This document shows positions 49,314 through 59,460 of a stretch of DNA of 64,000 nucleotides, piece after piece. Below the pieces are notes generated by a model. The model was not told the origin of the DNA and did not search any database. It saw nothing but the letters and a program-made list of their open reading frames with translations. Numbering within the stretch: the first letter of the stretch is position 1; each line of letters begins with the position of its first letter. The translations under genes and the position numbers were made by a program. Source of the DNA: Puniceicoccaceae bacterium (GTDB lineage: Bacteria > Verrucomicrobiota > Verrucomicrobiia > Opitutales > Oceanipulchritudinaceae); the NCBI GenBank assembly GCA_040830765.1, contig JBFOMH010000005.1, positions 224,001-288,000 of the forward strand. The letters are read 5' to 3'.

Positions 49314-50702
49314 TTACTGAGCAAGCAGTGCCGGACCGTTTTCGTCAACCCCGCTGAGACAGAGTTCGCCCAGAAGAATGCTGACCGTGGCATCAGTTAC
49401 CCGGACCGGGACCACCTGGCCCACGAGTCGTTCGGTGGCCGGAAAGATCAACTTGCGATTGCCCGGATTGCGCCCCATGAACATGCCCTCCCCTTTTCGG
49501 GCCGGCCCCTCGACAAGGACTGACTGGACAGATCCCAGCAAGCCCTGGTTACGCCGCAGAGAGCTTTCCCCCAGCACCTCGAGGAGGATCTTGTTGCGCT
49601 GGTCCTTGACCTCAGCGGAAATATCATCGCCCATCTCGGCGGCCTTGGTCCCGGCACGCTCGGAATACTTGAAGATGAAGGCCATATCAAAGCCAACCTC
49701 CTCAAAGAGCGACCGGGTCGCTTCAAATTCATCCTCTGTCTCACCCGGGAATCCGACGATGATATCGGTTGAGAGGCAGATATCCGGCTGTACCTCCCGC
49801 AGCTGGTCGACAATTTCCAGAAACCGGCGGCGCGTGTAGGGCCGGCGCATGCGCTTTAACATGGAGTCCGCCCCGCTTTGCAGCGGCAAATGGACATAGG
49901 GCATTAACTTCTCCAGCCGTCCGTAGGCCTCGACAAGGTCCTTTTGGAAGCCGCGCGGGTGCGGTGAGGTAAAGCGGATCCGCTCCAGGCCGTCGATGGC
50001 ATTGACCCGCTCCAGCAACTGGACAAAGGGACTGATGCCGTTGCGGTACGGAATTTCCCGCATGCCATAGCTGTTGACGATTTGCCCCAACAGGGTGACT
50101 TCGCGCGTGCCTGCCGCCACCAGCTCCTCGATTTCCTCGCAGATGGAGTCCATGCTGCGGTAGCGCTCCGCACCGCGGGTCTTGGGCACAATACAGAAGG
50201 TGCAATGCATGTTACAGCCCTGCATGATGCTGACAAAGGCCGATACCTGCGCCTTTTCACTGATGTGTTCCCGGATCGTCTCCTCCGAACCACTCTCCTC
50301 ATCGAGATCGACGAGGGTGGCCGGGCGCGGGCCCAGCCCATTGTGGCTGGCGATGAACTGGTCAAGCATCTGCGGTACCCGGTGAAACTTCTGGGTTCCC
50401 ACCAGCAAATCCAGATCCGGAAGCTTCTCCAGCAAGTCCGTTCCCCGGTTTTGTACCATGCAGCCCATCAGCCCGAGGACAAAGTTCGGATCCTCCTTCT
50501 TTCGCTTGGCGAGATGACCGGTCTTGCCAATGGCCTTCTGCTCCGCCTGTTCCCGGACAGCGCAGGTGTTCAGGAGGACAATATCCGCGGTGTGCTCATC
50601 GCAGACGATGGTGTAGCCCCGATCCCGCAGCTGGGCTGATACAGCCTCCGAGTCACGCTCGTTCATCTGGCAACCATAGGTCTTGATGTAGACGCGGTTC
50701 AT
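49314..50702 (-). CDS. miaB: tRNA methylthiotransferase MiaB
   Basis: TYGCQMNERDS, LNTCAVRE.AE, radical-SAM GCNMHCTFC, RFTSPHP, TRAM domain. Confidence 0.96.
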   Translation of the reverse strand: MNRVYIKTYGCQMNERDSEAVSAQLRDRGYTIVCDEHTADIVLLNTCAVREQAEQKAIGKTGHLAKRKKEDPNFVLGLMGCMVQNRGTDLLEKLPDLDLLVGTQKFHRVPQMLDQFIASHNGLGPRPATLVDLDEESGSEETIREHISEKAQVSAFVSIMQGCNMHCTFCIVPKTRGAERYRSMDSICEEIEELVAAGTREVTLLGQIVNSYGMREIPYRNGISPFVQLLERVNAIDGLERIRFTSPHPRGFQKDLVEAYGRLEKLMPYVHLPLQSGADSMLKRMRRPYTRRRFLEIVDQLREVQPDICLSTDIIVGFPGETEDEFEATRSLFEEVGFDMAFIFKYSERAGTKAAEMGDDISAEVKDQRNKILLEVLGESSLRRNQGLLGSVQSVLVEGPARKGEGMFMGRNPGNRKLIFPATERLVGQVVPVRVTDATVSILLGELCLSGVDENGPALLAQ

Positions 50703-50744
50703 AAGCGGATCATGTTCACTTGCTCCAGCAAAGGGGGTCAAGCC

Positions 50745-51131
50745 TTAGATACCCTTGACCGGGTAGCCCCGGGATTCCAGCAGAGGCTTCAGTTTCTCCC
50801 GCCATTCGCCCTGTAATTCCAAAACCCTGCCCTTGCAGGTGCCACCGGTGCCAAGAGCGCCCTGCAGATCCTTAAGCAAGCGCTGGTGAACCTCCGGTGC
50901 TCCGGTAAATCCACTGATCTCAGTCACCACCTTGCCCCCCTTTCCCGCCTTGAGGCGGCGCAAAAGGAGCGTCTCCCGCTTCTTGGGCTGGCCACGCCGC
51001 TTCTCGCCTGCCGGCGGAGCCTGGACGGGCTTGGCTTGCGGGAGATCCAGTCCCCCGAGGCTGGCGAAGGGATTATCGGCGGAAAGGTTTTCACCTCCGC
51101 TGGTGTCGATGCGTTCCTTTTTCCGGCTCAT
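50745..51131 (-). CDS. SUI1/YciH translation initiation factor-like protein
   Basis: GKGGKVVTEISG, LGTGGT, ELQGE. Confidence 0.85.
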   Translation of the reverse strand: MSRKKERIDTSGGENLSADNPFASLGGLDLPQAKPVQAPPAGEKRRGQPKKRETLLLRRLKAGKGGKVVTEISGFTGAPEVHQRLLKDLQGALGTGGTCKGRVLELQGEWREKLKPLLESRGYPVKGI

Positions 51132-51137
51132 GGCTGC

Positions 51138-51350
51138 TCAGGAGCAAACGCCCTTCTCCGGGTCCCCACCCTCAAGCAGGACCCATGCTTTCTGGTAGCT
51201 GCGCTTGGCGAGGTAATGGGCAAGGTGACCCCGGGCCTCGGATTTCAATGCATCAAGGGCCTGAATCGAGGCCGCCAGGTCGCCACTCGCGTGTCCAAGG
51301 ATAACCGCAAGGTGCTGCCGAATCGTTGTTCGAAAATTCTCGTCCATCAT
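51138..51350 (-). CDS. Small hypothetical protein
   Basis: 70 aa helical ORF (HLAHYLAKRSYQKA) ending 6 nt before the yciH-like gene. Confidence 0.6.
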   Translation of the reverse strand: MMDENFRTTIRQHLAVILGHASGDLAASIQALDALKSEARGHLAHYLAKRSYQKAWVLLEGGDPEKGVCS

Positions 51351-51395
51351 GGTTTATGCTTTTCATTCCATAGAAAATCGCCTCACTCAAGCCTC

Positions 51396-51752
51396 ATGCC
51401 ACAACAATTTTACCAAATTATCCACCTGACCGGTATTTTCATGATATTTCTGGGCTACGGTGGCCTGATTATCCGCAGCGTCACGGGTACCGAAAGCAAG
51501 GATATCCGTCGATTGGGGGCAATCACCAGCGGCCTTGGTTTGGTCCTGAGTCTCGTTGGGGGCTTTGGCCTGCTGGCCAAGCTCAATTACGGTTGGCCGG
51601 TCTGGGTTCTTATCAAAATAGCCATCTGGGTCATTCTCGGGGCCATGATTGTCGTCATCAACCGCAAGCCGCGCCTGTCGCAGGAGCTGTGGTGGAGCAC
51701 CATCGTTCTCGGGGTCATTTCCCTCCTGATGGTTGTCCTGAAGCCGTTTTAA
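51396..51752 (+). CDS. Four-helix membrane protein (SirB2-like)
   Basis: From ATG 51396: YQIIHL, four hydrophobic helices, W..IK, terminal KPF. Confidence 0.7.
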   Translation: MPQQFYQIIHLTGIFMIFLGYGGLIIRSVTGTESKDIRRLGAITSGLGLVLSLVGGFGLLAKLNYGWPVWVLIKIAIWVILGAMIVVINRKPRLSQELWWSTIVLGVISLLMVVLKPF

Positions 51753-52051
51753 TAACTGATCGTAAAGCCCATGAAGGACTGCTGGCGATGTTCTTCATGG
51801 CTTTCGGTCCGGCGGATGTAGACGGAAAGGCGGTCATTGACCTCCGCCACGAAACCACGGACCTCGGCATCCATGCCCTCTGCCTCCAACTGGACCCGGC
51901 CGTCGGGGAGGTTGCGGACAAAGCCGCTGACTTCAAACTCCTTGGCTATCTGCAGCGTCTTGTAACGAAAACCCACTCCCTGCACGTGACCGCTGAAAAA
52001 TACGGAGAGATGCAGGACTTCCACGGTGGTTGCTGGACGGGAAGAAGCCAT
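51749..52051 (-). CDS. acyP: Acylphosphatase
   Basis: [11 protein letters not shown] and [11 protein letters not shown]. Confidence 0.93.
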   Translation of the reverse strand: MASSRPATTVEVLHLSVFFSGHVQGVGFRYKTLQIAKEFEVSGFVRNLPDGRVQLEAEGMDAEVRGFVAEVNDRLSVYIRRTESHEEHRQQSFMGFTISY

Positions 52052-52209
52052 TATCAGAGAAGGAACTGAAAAGCATGGCAGCAGGCTCCAACCTCGGCAA
52101 GCATATTGGTTCTGGGGCGATTTTTATGGCCTCAAGCCTACTTCATCATTGCCAAACCGGCCAAGCCCCTCCAACTATGAAGCTAAATTCCGAAGCACTG
52201 TTTTTTTAA

Positions 52210-52905
52210 ATGACAAATTACAACTTTGAAGGTCAGCCCGAGGGAGATTGGGACGACCGTGGCAATCTCTCCTGGAGCGAGGTCGATTGGCAGAAATTCC
52301 TGCAGCGGCAGGAAAAGGAAGTGGCTCGGTTTCTTCGCTTCTACGATGAATGCCCCCTGGGGCAGAGTGAACGCCTCGACTGGGTAGCCCGCCAAATGGG
52401 CTGGGACTCCGAGGATTGGTCCGTCAGTGACCTTCCCGAGGAAGATGAAGAAGGGGAAGCCTGGCAGAAGTCCGCCGAGGACAGCCGGGAACACCCGGAT
52501 TCCGATCCCTACACCCTGCACCGGCATCCCGTCTACGTGGTTTGTTCAGGGCTTTTCCTGCAACTGCGCTACCTGTGGCGGACCGCCTTGAAATCAAAGA
52601 GCGGACCGGTGGACGCCCTCCTCTGCTGGGACTACGCGGAAAGCCTCAATGAGGCCGAAAAGCACAGCCTGATGGCCATGCAATCCATGGACATGGGCGA
52701 CTTCCTTCTCTGCGTCATTCATTTGAAGCGGGCCCTCCGTGGCGTTAATCTCGCCATGAGCCTCCTTCCATCGCTGATTGAATCCGCTTCTGCCGGGGAA
52801 TATTTCCGACAATCCATGGTTAGCCGCCTTTTTGACCTCCGCGAGGTCTTCCTGAGGGTGATGCAGGACTGCCGGGATGAAGACCGGAGGGATTTCCGAG
52901 AGTGA
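52210..52905 (+). CDS. Hypothetical acidic protein
   Basis: 231 aa ORF filling the gap, D/E/W-rich N-half and helical C-half. Confidence 0.7.
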   Translation: MTNYNFEGQPEGDWDDRGNLSWSEVDWQKFLQRQEKEVARFLRFYDECPLGQSERLDWVARQMGWDSEDWSVSDLPEEDEEGEAWQKSAEDSREHPDSDPYTLHRHPVYVVCSGLFLQLRYLWRTALKSKSGPVDALLCWDYAESLNEAEKHSLMAMQSMDMGDFLLCVIHLKRALRGVNLAMSLLPSLIESASAGEYFRQSMVSRLFDLREVFLRVMQDCRDEDRRDFRE

Positions 52906-52977
52906 GTAAATGCGCATTGAATTGCGCTTTGGGGTTGAAACAGGCCTGATATTGGCAAACTTCTCTTCTAATCTGAT

Positions 52978-54003
52978 ATGCGTTCTTACTTTCTCCGCAG
53001 ACTGCTCCTTATTCCCCCGACCATTTTCGGAATCACCATCATCGTCTTCCTGATTACGCGGGTGGTACCTGGTGGGCCCATCGAACGGGCATTGATGGAA
53101 ATGCAGTCTGTCAATGTCAGTGCCGGCGTGACCGGAGGCAGCTTTTCCAACCAGCAACAGGCTATTTCCGAGGAACAACTGGAGCAACTGAAGGAATACT
53201 ACGGCTTCGACAAGCATCCCGTGGTCTCCTACTTCCACTGGCTGGGCAATGTCGTCCGGGGTGACCTGGGGACTTCCTACCGCTATAATGAGCCGGTGTG
53301 GTCGATTATCCGCGAGCGCTTCCCGATTTCCATATTCTACGGTATCCTGACCCTGATCATCACCTACTCGATTTGCGTTCCACTGGGCATCGTGAAGGCC
53401 ATCAAGCACCGAACCATGGTCGACAACATGTCCTCCATCCTCATCTTCACCGGCTACGCCATCCCGGGCTATGTGCTCGGGGCCCTGCTGGTCGTCTTTT
53501 TCGCCGCCCGGATGGAGTGGTTTCCCATGGGTGGCTTCACCAGTATCTACTTTGAGGACCTGAGCACCTGGGGCAAAGTCAAGGACATCGCCTCCCACGC
53601 GGTTCTTCCCCTCTGCTCCTACCTGATCGGGGCCTTTGCCCTGACTACCCTCCTGATGAAGAACCACCTCATGGACAACCTGGCGGCGGACTACATTCGC
53701 ACAGCGGTGGCCAAGGGCGTCTCGTTCAAGCAGGCGGTTGTCGGGCATGCCTTGAGGAATTCGCTCATTCCCATCGCCACCACTTTCGGCCAGAATATCA
53801 TCCTCCTGGTTGGCGGGTCTTTCCTCATCGAGACCATTTTCGATATCAACGGATTTGGGTTGCTGGGTTTCACCGCCATTCTCGACCGGGACTACCCGAT
53901 TGTCATGGGCGTCCTCCTCCTGACCAGTTTTCTCCTTTTGCTGGGCAACATCATCAGTGACTTCATCGTCGCCATGATTGATCCGCGCGTCCGTTTCCAG
54001 TGA
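52978..54003 (+). CDS. Peptide ABC transporter permease (YejB/OppB-like)
   Basis: PGGP, GDLGTS, EAA loop YIRTAVAKG, HALRNSLIP, DPR terminus. Confidence 0.92.
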   Translation: MRSYFLRRLLLIPPTIFGITIIVFLITRVVPGGPIERALMEMQSVNVSAGVTGGSFSNQQQAISEEQLEQLKEYYGFDKHPVVSYFHWLGNVVRGDLGTSYRYNEPVWSIIRERFPISIFYGILTLIITYSICVPLGIVKAIKHRTMVDNMSSILIFTGYAIPGYVLGALLVVFFAARMEWFPMGGFTSIYFEDLSTWGKVKDIASHAVLPLCSYLIGAFALTTLLMKNHLMDNLAADYIRTAVAKGVSFKQAVVGHALRNSLIPIATTFGQNIILLVGGSFLIETIFDINGFGLLGFTAILDRDYPIVMGVLLLTSFLLLLGNIISDFIVAMIDPRVRFQ

Positions 54004-54013
54004 TTTCCGCTCC

Positions 54014-55249
54014 ATGATTACCAACAAGCCAACCTCGACGATCTCCTTCCCCACCAAGCGTGTGGCGGTCTATGGGACCGTGGCCTTCCTGGGTCTGCTG
54101 AGCTTTCTCTTTGTCAACTGGCGCTTCGGGCTGGGTATCATCCTCATCGCCCTGATTCTTTCCATTTTCTCTATTCCCATCCGGCTCAATCCCCTGACGG
54201 TCAAGAAGATTGTCCGCTTCAAGCATATCCGCCGCGGTTATTATTCCTTCCTGGTTCTCCTTTTCCTGTCGGTGTTCTCCCTTTTCGCGGAGCTCGTTGC
54301 CAACAACCGGGCCCTGGTGGTTCGCTATGGGGGCGATACCTACTTTCCGACCTATTCGGATGTAAAGCTGGGCAAGACCTTTGGACTGGAAGGGCCGTTG
54401 GCTAACGCCCCGGTCAATTACCGCGACCTGCAAGCGAAGTTCAAGGCGGAGGGCGGCAATAACTGGGTCCTGATGCCGGTTGTTCCCTACGGACCAAATG
54501 AAAACAACCAGTTTGAGGGCGTTCTCAAGCCACGACCCCCAAACGCCGAGGCCAAGCATTACCTGGGGACCGACGGGACCGGTCGCGACATTACCTCACG
54601 TCTGATTTACGGGTTTCGCATAGCGGTCTTCTTCTCCCTCGCCTTCATGAGCTTGGTCTACCTGATCGGGATCACCATCGGTTCCCTGATGGGATATTTC
54701 GGGGGCTGGTTTGACCTCTTCGTGCAGCGGCTCATCGAAATCTGGTCGCTAGTTCCGTTTATTTACATGGTCATCATCATCTTCTCGGTGATTCCGACCA
54801 GTTTCTCGATCAGCACCCGGGTCAGTATCCTGCTCGGGATCATGGTGTTGTTTTCCTGGACCGGCATGACCTACTACATGCGGACGGCGACCTACAGGGA
54901 GAAGGCCCGCGATTACACCGCGGCTGCCCAAATCATCGGGGCCGGCCCGGCAAGGATTATTTTCAATCACATCCTGCCCAACACCATCAGCACGATCGTG
55001 ACCTTTATGCCATTCACCATGGCAGCTGCCATCACGGCCATCACCGCCCTCGACTTCCTTGGCTTCGGATTACCGCCCCCCACCCCGAGTATCGGGGAAA
55101 TCCTCAAGCAGGGAACGGCCCGTCTAGATGCGCCATGGATTGTCACCAGCGCCTTCGTGGCCCTTGTTTTCATTCTGACCCTCGTCACCTTTATCGGGGA
55201 AGCTGTCCGCGAGGCCTTCGACCCGAAGAAATTCACCACCTATCGTTAA
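54014..55249 (+). CDS. Peptide ABC transporter permease (YejE/OppC-like)
   Basis: HYLGTDGTGRD, RLIYGFR, HILPN, LDFLGFGLP, GEAVREAFDP. Confidence 0.92.
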   Translation: MITNKPTSTISFPTKRVAVYGTVAFLGLLSFLFVNWRFGLGIILIALILSIFSIPIRLNPLTVKKIVRFKHIRRGYYSFLVLLFLSVFSLFAELVANNRALVVRYGGDTYFPTYSDVKLGKTFGLEGPLANAPVNYRDLQAKFKAEGGNNWVLMPVVPYGPNENNQFEGVLKPRPPNAEAKHYLGTDGTGRDITSRLIYGFRIAVFFSLAFMSLVYLIGITIGSLMGYFGGWFDLFVQRLIEIWSLVPFIYMVIIIFSVIPTSFSISTRVSILLGIMVLFSWTGMTYYMRTATYREKARDYTAAAQIIGAGPARIIFNHILPNTISTIVTFMPFTMAAAITAITALDFLGFGLPPPTPSIGEILKQGTARLDAPWIVTSAFVALVFILTLVTFIGEAVREAFDPKKFTTYR

Positions 55250-55253
55250 CGTC

Positions 55254-57371
55254 ATGAACCAATCCCTAACCTCATTACTGAAGTATCTCTCCCTCTTCTC
55301 CGTCCTGGCCGCGCTTCTCAGCGGATGTGGCGGCGGGTCCGATGACGCCGATACGGCCGAAGTCATCGACAACACCGCAGAGGTCGAGGAATACTACGCC
55401 ACTTTCAAACGCGTTCCCCTTGAATTGAAGGCCAAACTCGATTCCGGTGCCATCGGGCAGGAGGATTTCAACCGCGCCATGGAAGATGTCCCGCTATTCT
55501 TCCAATTCAAGACCATCGCCGACATCCCGGAGGGCCTTAACTGGACCAATGGCATGGAATTGCCGGAGTTTGGTTCCCCGAATGCCAAGAAAGGGGGAAC
55601 CATTTATTCCGCGCTGCAGGACTTCCCCCGGACCTTGCGTCGCGTTGGCCCGGATGCCAACGGCGGATTCAGGCCCTACATTCTCGACGATGTTGCCATG
55701 CGGATGGCCAAGCGTCACCCCAACGTGACGGGAATTGGTCCGGACGGACACTATTACTATCCCGAACTGGCCAAGGAATGGGCCGTGGACAAGGAAAACA
55801 AGACGGTCTATGTGCGCCTCGACCCGGACGCCCGCTGGTCCGATGGCGAGCGTGTGACAGTAGATGACTACATGTTCATGTTCTTCTTCTTCCAGTCCTC
55901 CTACATTCAGGCCCCATGGTACAACAACTGGTACACGGAGATGTACACCAACATCACCAAGTATGACGACCACACTCTCTCCATGAGTGTTCCGGAAGCC
56001 AAACCCGACATGAATTCAAGGGTGCTGGAACTGGTCCCGGTGGCCCGCCACTTCTTCAAGGAGTTGGGTGATGACTACGTCCAGCGTTACCAGTGGCGCT
56101 TCCAACCGACGACCGGGGCCTATGTCATCAAGGAGGAAGATATCAAGAAAGGCCGCTCCATTACCCTCACCCGCCAGAAGGACTGGTGGGCCAAGGACAA
56201 GAAGTTTCTCCGCTACCGCTACAATTACGACCGCATCCACCTGACGGTCATCCGCGATATTCCCAAGATGTTCGAATCCTTCAAGCGGGGAGACCTGGAT
56301 GCCACCGGCTTGGTTAACCTACCGGAGTACAATTATGAGAAGCTGCCGGACAGCGATCCTGACATCCAGAAGGGCTACATCCACAAGGCCACTTTCTACA
56401 ACGACATACCGCGTCCCAGCTACGGCTTATGGATCAACCAGGCCAAGCCGCTTTTGGACAACCAGAACATCCGCGTCGGTATCCACCATGCGACCAACTG
56501 GCAGCGGGTTATTGATGAGTATTTTCGTGGTGACTACATCCGTATGAATACCACCGCTGACGGGTATGGTGAATTCACCCATCCCACCCTGCGCTCACGG
56601 CCTTACGATGTCGACAAGGCCCTTGAGGAATTCGCCAAGGCAGGCTTCACCGAGCGCGGTCCCGATGGAATCCTTGTCAACGCCGATGGCCAGCGCCTCT
56701 CCTTTACCCTCAGCACCGGATACCGCACCTTCCAGGACCTCCTGACCATCCTCAAGGAAGAGGCGGCCAATGCAGGCCTGGAATTCCGTCTCGAGGTCCT
56801 CGACGGTACGGCCGGCTGGAAAATGGCCCAGGAGAAGAAGCACGATATCACTTTCTCCGCCCTGAATGTGTCCCCGGAGATGTATCCCCGTTACTGGGAA
56901 ACTTACCACGCCGACAATGCCTACGACAAACCATGGCTTGAAGACGGCGTGACGCCCAATCCTGAGCGCAAGATCAAGACCCAGACCAACAACCTGCAGT
57001 CGGTCGCCATTCCCGAACTGGATGCCCTTATCTCCGCCTACCGCCGCTCGGATGACGCGGATGAGATGAGGCAACTGGCCTTCCAGATGGAAGAAATCCT
57101 CTACGAGGACGCCTCTTTCGTCCCGGCCTTTGTCCGGCCCAACTACCGGGCCGCTTATTGGCGCTGGGTCCAGTATCCGGAAGACTTCAACGTCAAGTTG
57201 AGCCGCAGCAGTGGGGAGTACTTCCTTGCCTGGATTGACGAGGACTTGAAAAAGGAAACCCAGGAAGCCCGCAAGTCGGGCAAGACCTTCCCGGTCTCAA
57301 TCGAGGTATACGACCAGTATGCACCTAAATCCATAACGGAGGAACCAAGCCTTGCCGGAATTGCTCCTTGA
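55254..57371 (+). CDS. Peptide ABC substrate-binding lipoprotein (YejA-like, family 5)
   Basis: Lipobox LSGC, P.AKKGG, LAKEW, ARWSDGE..T.DD. Confidence 0.88.
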   Translation: MNQSLTSLLKYLSLFSVLAALLSGCGGGSDDADTAEVIDNTAEVEEYYATFKRVPLELKAKLDSGAIGQEDFNRAMEDVPLFFQFKTIADIPEGLNWTNGMELPEFGSPNAKKGGTIYSALQDFPRTLRRVGPDANGGFRPYILDDVAMRMAKRHPNVTGIGPDGHYYYPELAKEWAVDKENKTVYVRLDPDARWSDGERVTVDDYMFMFFFFQSSYIQAPWYNNWYTEMYTNITKYDDHTLSMSVPEAKPDMNSRVLELVPVARHFFKELGDDYVQRYQWRFQPTTGAYVIKEEDIKKGRSITLTRQKDWWAKDKKFLRYRYNYDRIHLTVIRDIPKMFESFKRGDLDATGLVNLPEYNYEKLPDSDPDIQKGYIHKATFYNDIPRPSYGLWINQAKPLLDNQNIRVGIHHATNWQRVIDEYFRGDYIRMNTTADGYGEFTHPTLRSRPYDVDKALEEFAKAGFTERGPDGILVNADGQRLSFTLSTGYRTFQDLLTILKEEAANAGLEFRLEVLDGTAGWKMAQEKKHDITFSALNVSPEMYPRYWETYHADNAYDKPWLEDGVTPNPERKIKTQTNNLQSVAIPELDALISAYRRSDDADEMRQLAFQMEEILYEDASFVPAFVRPNYRAAYWRWVQYPEDFNVKLSRSSGEYFLAWIDEDLKKETQEARKSGKTFPVSIEVYDQYAPKSITEEPSLAGIAP

Positions 57372-58371
57372 TGTCCGGAATCTGGTCACGGCGTTCGACA
57401 CGGACGCTGGACAGGTAACGGCTGTTGACGGTGTCAGCTTCACCGTCGAGAAAGGCAAAACCCTCGGGATTGTCGGTGAGTCCGGCTGTGGAAAAAGCGT
57501 CACTGCGCTTTCCATCATCCGCCTCCTGCCGCAACCGATGGGCAAGATCCTCGGCGGGCAGGTGCTCTTCGGCGACCGCGACCTGACGAAGGTCTCAGAT
57601 GAGGAGATCCACAAGGTCCGGGGTGGCCAAATCGGCATGATCTTCCAAGAGCCGCTTACCGCTCTCAATCCAGTGCACCGGATTGGGCGCCAGTTGAGCG
57701 AGGTCTTCCTCCTTCACATGGACATTTCCAAGAAGGAAGCTTGGGACCGGTCCATCGAAATTCTCAAGAAGGTGGGAATCCCCTCCCCGGAAATCCGGGC
57801 CACGGAGTATCCCCACCAGCTTTCCGGCGGCATGCGACAGCGCGTCGTCATCGCAATGGCGCTGGCCTGCAAACCGAGCTTGGTCATTGCCGACGAGCCA
57901 ACGACCGCCCTCGATGTCACCATTCAGGCCCAGATTCTCGAGCTGATGAAGGAGCTTCAGCGGGACATGGGAATGTCCATCATCATGATCACCCATGACC
58001 TCGGTGTCATCGCCGAGACTTGTGACGATGTGGTTGTCATGTACGCCGGGCGGGTTGCCGAGAAGGGCTCTGTGGAGGATATCTTCCACCGGCCTGCCCA
58101 CCTCTACACCAAGGGCCTGCTGGATTCGATTCCCCGCTTGGAAAACGAGCGCAAAAGCCGCCTCCAGACGATCGACGGATATGTCCCCGGCCTTCTGGAA
58201 CTGCCGGTCGGGGCCCGCTTTGCCCCGCGTTCACCCCACCCGGATGCCGCCGCCTACACCGAGTCGGATGCCTACCGCTCCGAGCGCCCCGAGCTGATTG
58301 AAATTGAACCCGGCCACTGGGTCGAGGACCACCCGGTTGTCCGGGTTGACCAAATGCCTTCCGTCACATGA
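57352..58371 (+). CDS. Peptide ABC ATPase (OppD-like)
   Basis: GESGCGKS, YPHQLSGGMRQR, ADEPTTALDVT. Confidence 0.93.
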   Translation: MPELLLDVRNLVTAFDTDAGQVTAVDGVSFTVEKGKTLGIVGESGCGKSVTALSIIRLLPQPMGKILGGQVLFGDRDLTKVSDEEIHKVRGGQIGMIFQEPLTALNPVHRIGRQLSEVFLLHMDISKKEAWDRSIEILKKVGIPSPEIRATEYPHQLSGGMRQRVVIAMALACKPSLVIADEPTTALDVTIQAQILELMKELQRDMGMSIIMITHDLGVIAETCDDVVVMYAGRVAEKGSVEDIFHRPAHLYTKGLLDSIPRLENERKSRLQTIDGYVPGLLELPVGARFAPRSPHPDAAAYTESDAYRSERPELIEIEPGHWVEDHPVVRVDQMPSVT

Positions 58372-59402
58372 GCGCCACGACCACACATACGGAGCCGTCC
58401 ACCAACGGGAAGCCTCTGCTGGAAATCAAGGGGCTCAAGAAGTATTTCCCGGTCAAGGGAGGGGTGTTTCTGCGAACCAAGGCGCACCTTAAGGCGGTTG
58501 ATGATGTCAGCCTCTTTATCAAACCCGGTGAAACCCTGGGTCTTGTCGGGGAATCCGGTTGCGGCAAATCGACCCTGGGGAAGTGTGTCTGTCGATTACA
58601 CGAAGTCACTGGCGGGGAAATCCATTTCAAGGGAGACGACATCACCCACCTCCACCGAAAGGCCCTGAAGCCCTACCGTCGGGATATCCAGATGATTTTC
58701 CAGGATCCCGCGGAATCCCTCAATTCGCGGCATTCAGTGGGTAATATCCTTGAGGAACCCCTCCTCATCCACGGGGTCAAGGAAGGGCGGGAGCGGCGCC
58801 AGAAGGTGGCCAAGATCCTCGATACAGTTGGCCTTCCTTCCGATTCGGTACACCGCTTTCCCTTTGAATTTTCGGGTGGCCAGCGTCAGCGTATCGGCAT
58901 TGCCCGGGCCATCTCCCTCAATCCGGAACTGGTCGTTTGCGATGAGCCGGTTTCGGCACTCGATGTTTCCGTGCAAAGCCAGATCCTCAACCTGATGATG
59001 GACCTGCAGAAGGAGTTCAATCTCTCCTATCTCTTCATTGCCCATGATCTGGCGGTGGTGAAGCATATTTCCGACCGCATCGCCATCATGTACCTCGGGA
59101 AGATTGTCGAGTTGGGCCCGGCTGATGAGATTTTCCGCAATCCCATCCATGCCTACACCAAGGCCCTGATTTCCGCCATCCCACTTCCCGAGCCGCATGC
59201 CAAGCGCGAGCATATTCTCCTCAAGGGCGACGTTCCCTCCCCAATCGATCCACCACCGGGTTGCGCCTTTGCCCGCCGGTCCTGGATCTCCTGTACCGAG
59301 GAGGAAATGAACCAGCCCGGCGAGTTCAAGGAGGTCAAACCGGGTCACTGGGTGGAGGTCCATCCGGGTACGGTCGAGAACTACGCCCAGTACGTCTCCT
59401 GA
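58368..59402 (+). CDS. Peptide ABC ATPase (OppF-like)
   Basis: GESGCGKST, FSGGQRQRIGIARA, DEPVSALDVS, GDVPSP. Confidence 0.93.
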   Translation: MSATTTHTEPSTNGKPLLEIKGLKKYFPVKGGVFLRTKAHLKAVDDVSLFIKPGETLGLVGESGCGKSTLGKCVCRLHEVTGGEIHFKGDDITHLHRKALKPYRRDIQMIFQDPAESLNSRHSVGNILEEPLLIHGVKEGRERRQKVAKILDTVGLPSDSVHRFPFEFSGGQRQRIGIARAISLNPELVVCDEPVSALDVSVQSQILNLMMDLQKEFNLSYLFIAHDLAVVKHISDRIAIMYLGKIVELGPADEIFRNPIHAYTKALISAIPLPEPHAKREHILLKGDVPSPIDPPPGCAFARRSWISCTEEEMNQPGEFKEVKPGHWVEVHPGTVENYAQYVS

Positions 59403-59460
59403 ACTGGAAATTCACTTTTCCTTTTGCCTGGGCACGCAATCTGCTCTTAACTCAGGTGAG

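Noticed and set aside
50886..51395. N-terminal 170 aa of the 288-aa ORF 50886-51752
   Set aside because: Overlaps two minus-strand genes. Only the part from ATG 51396 looks like a protein.
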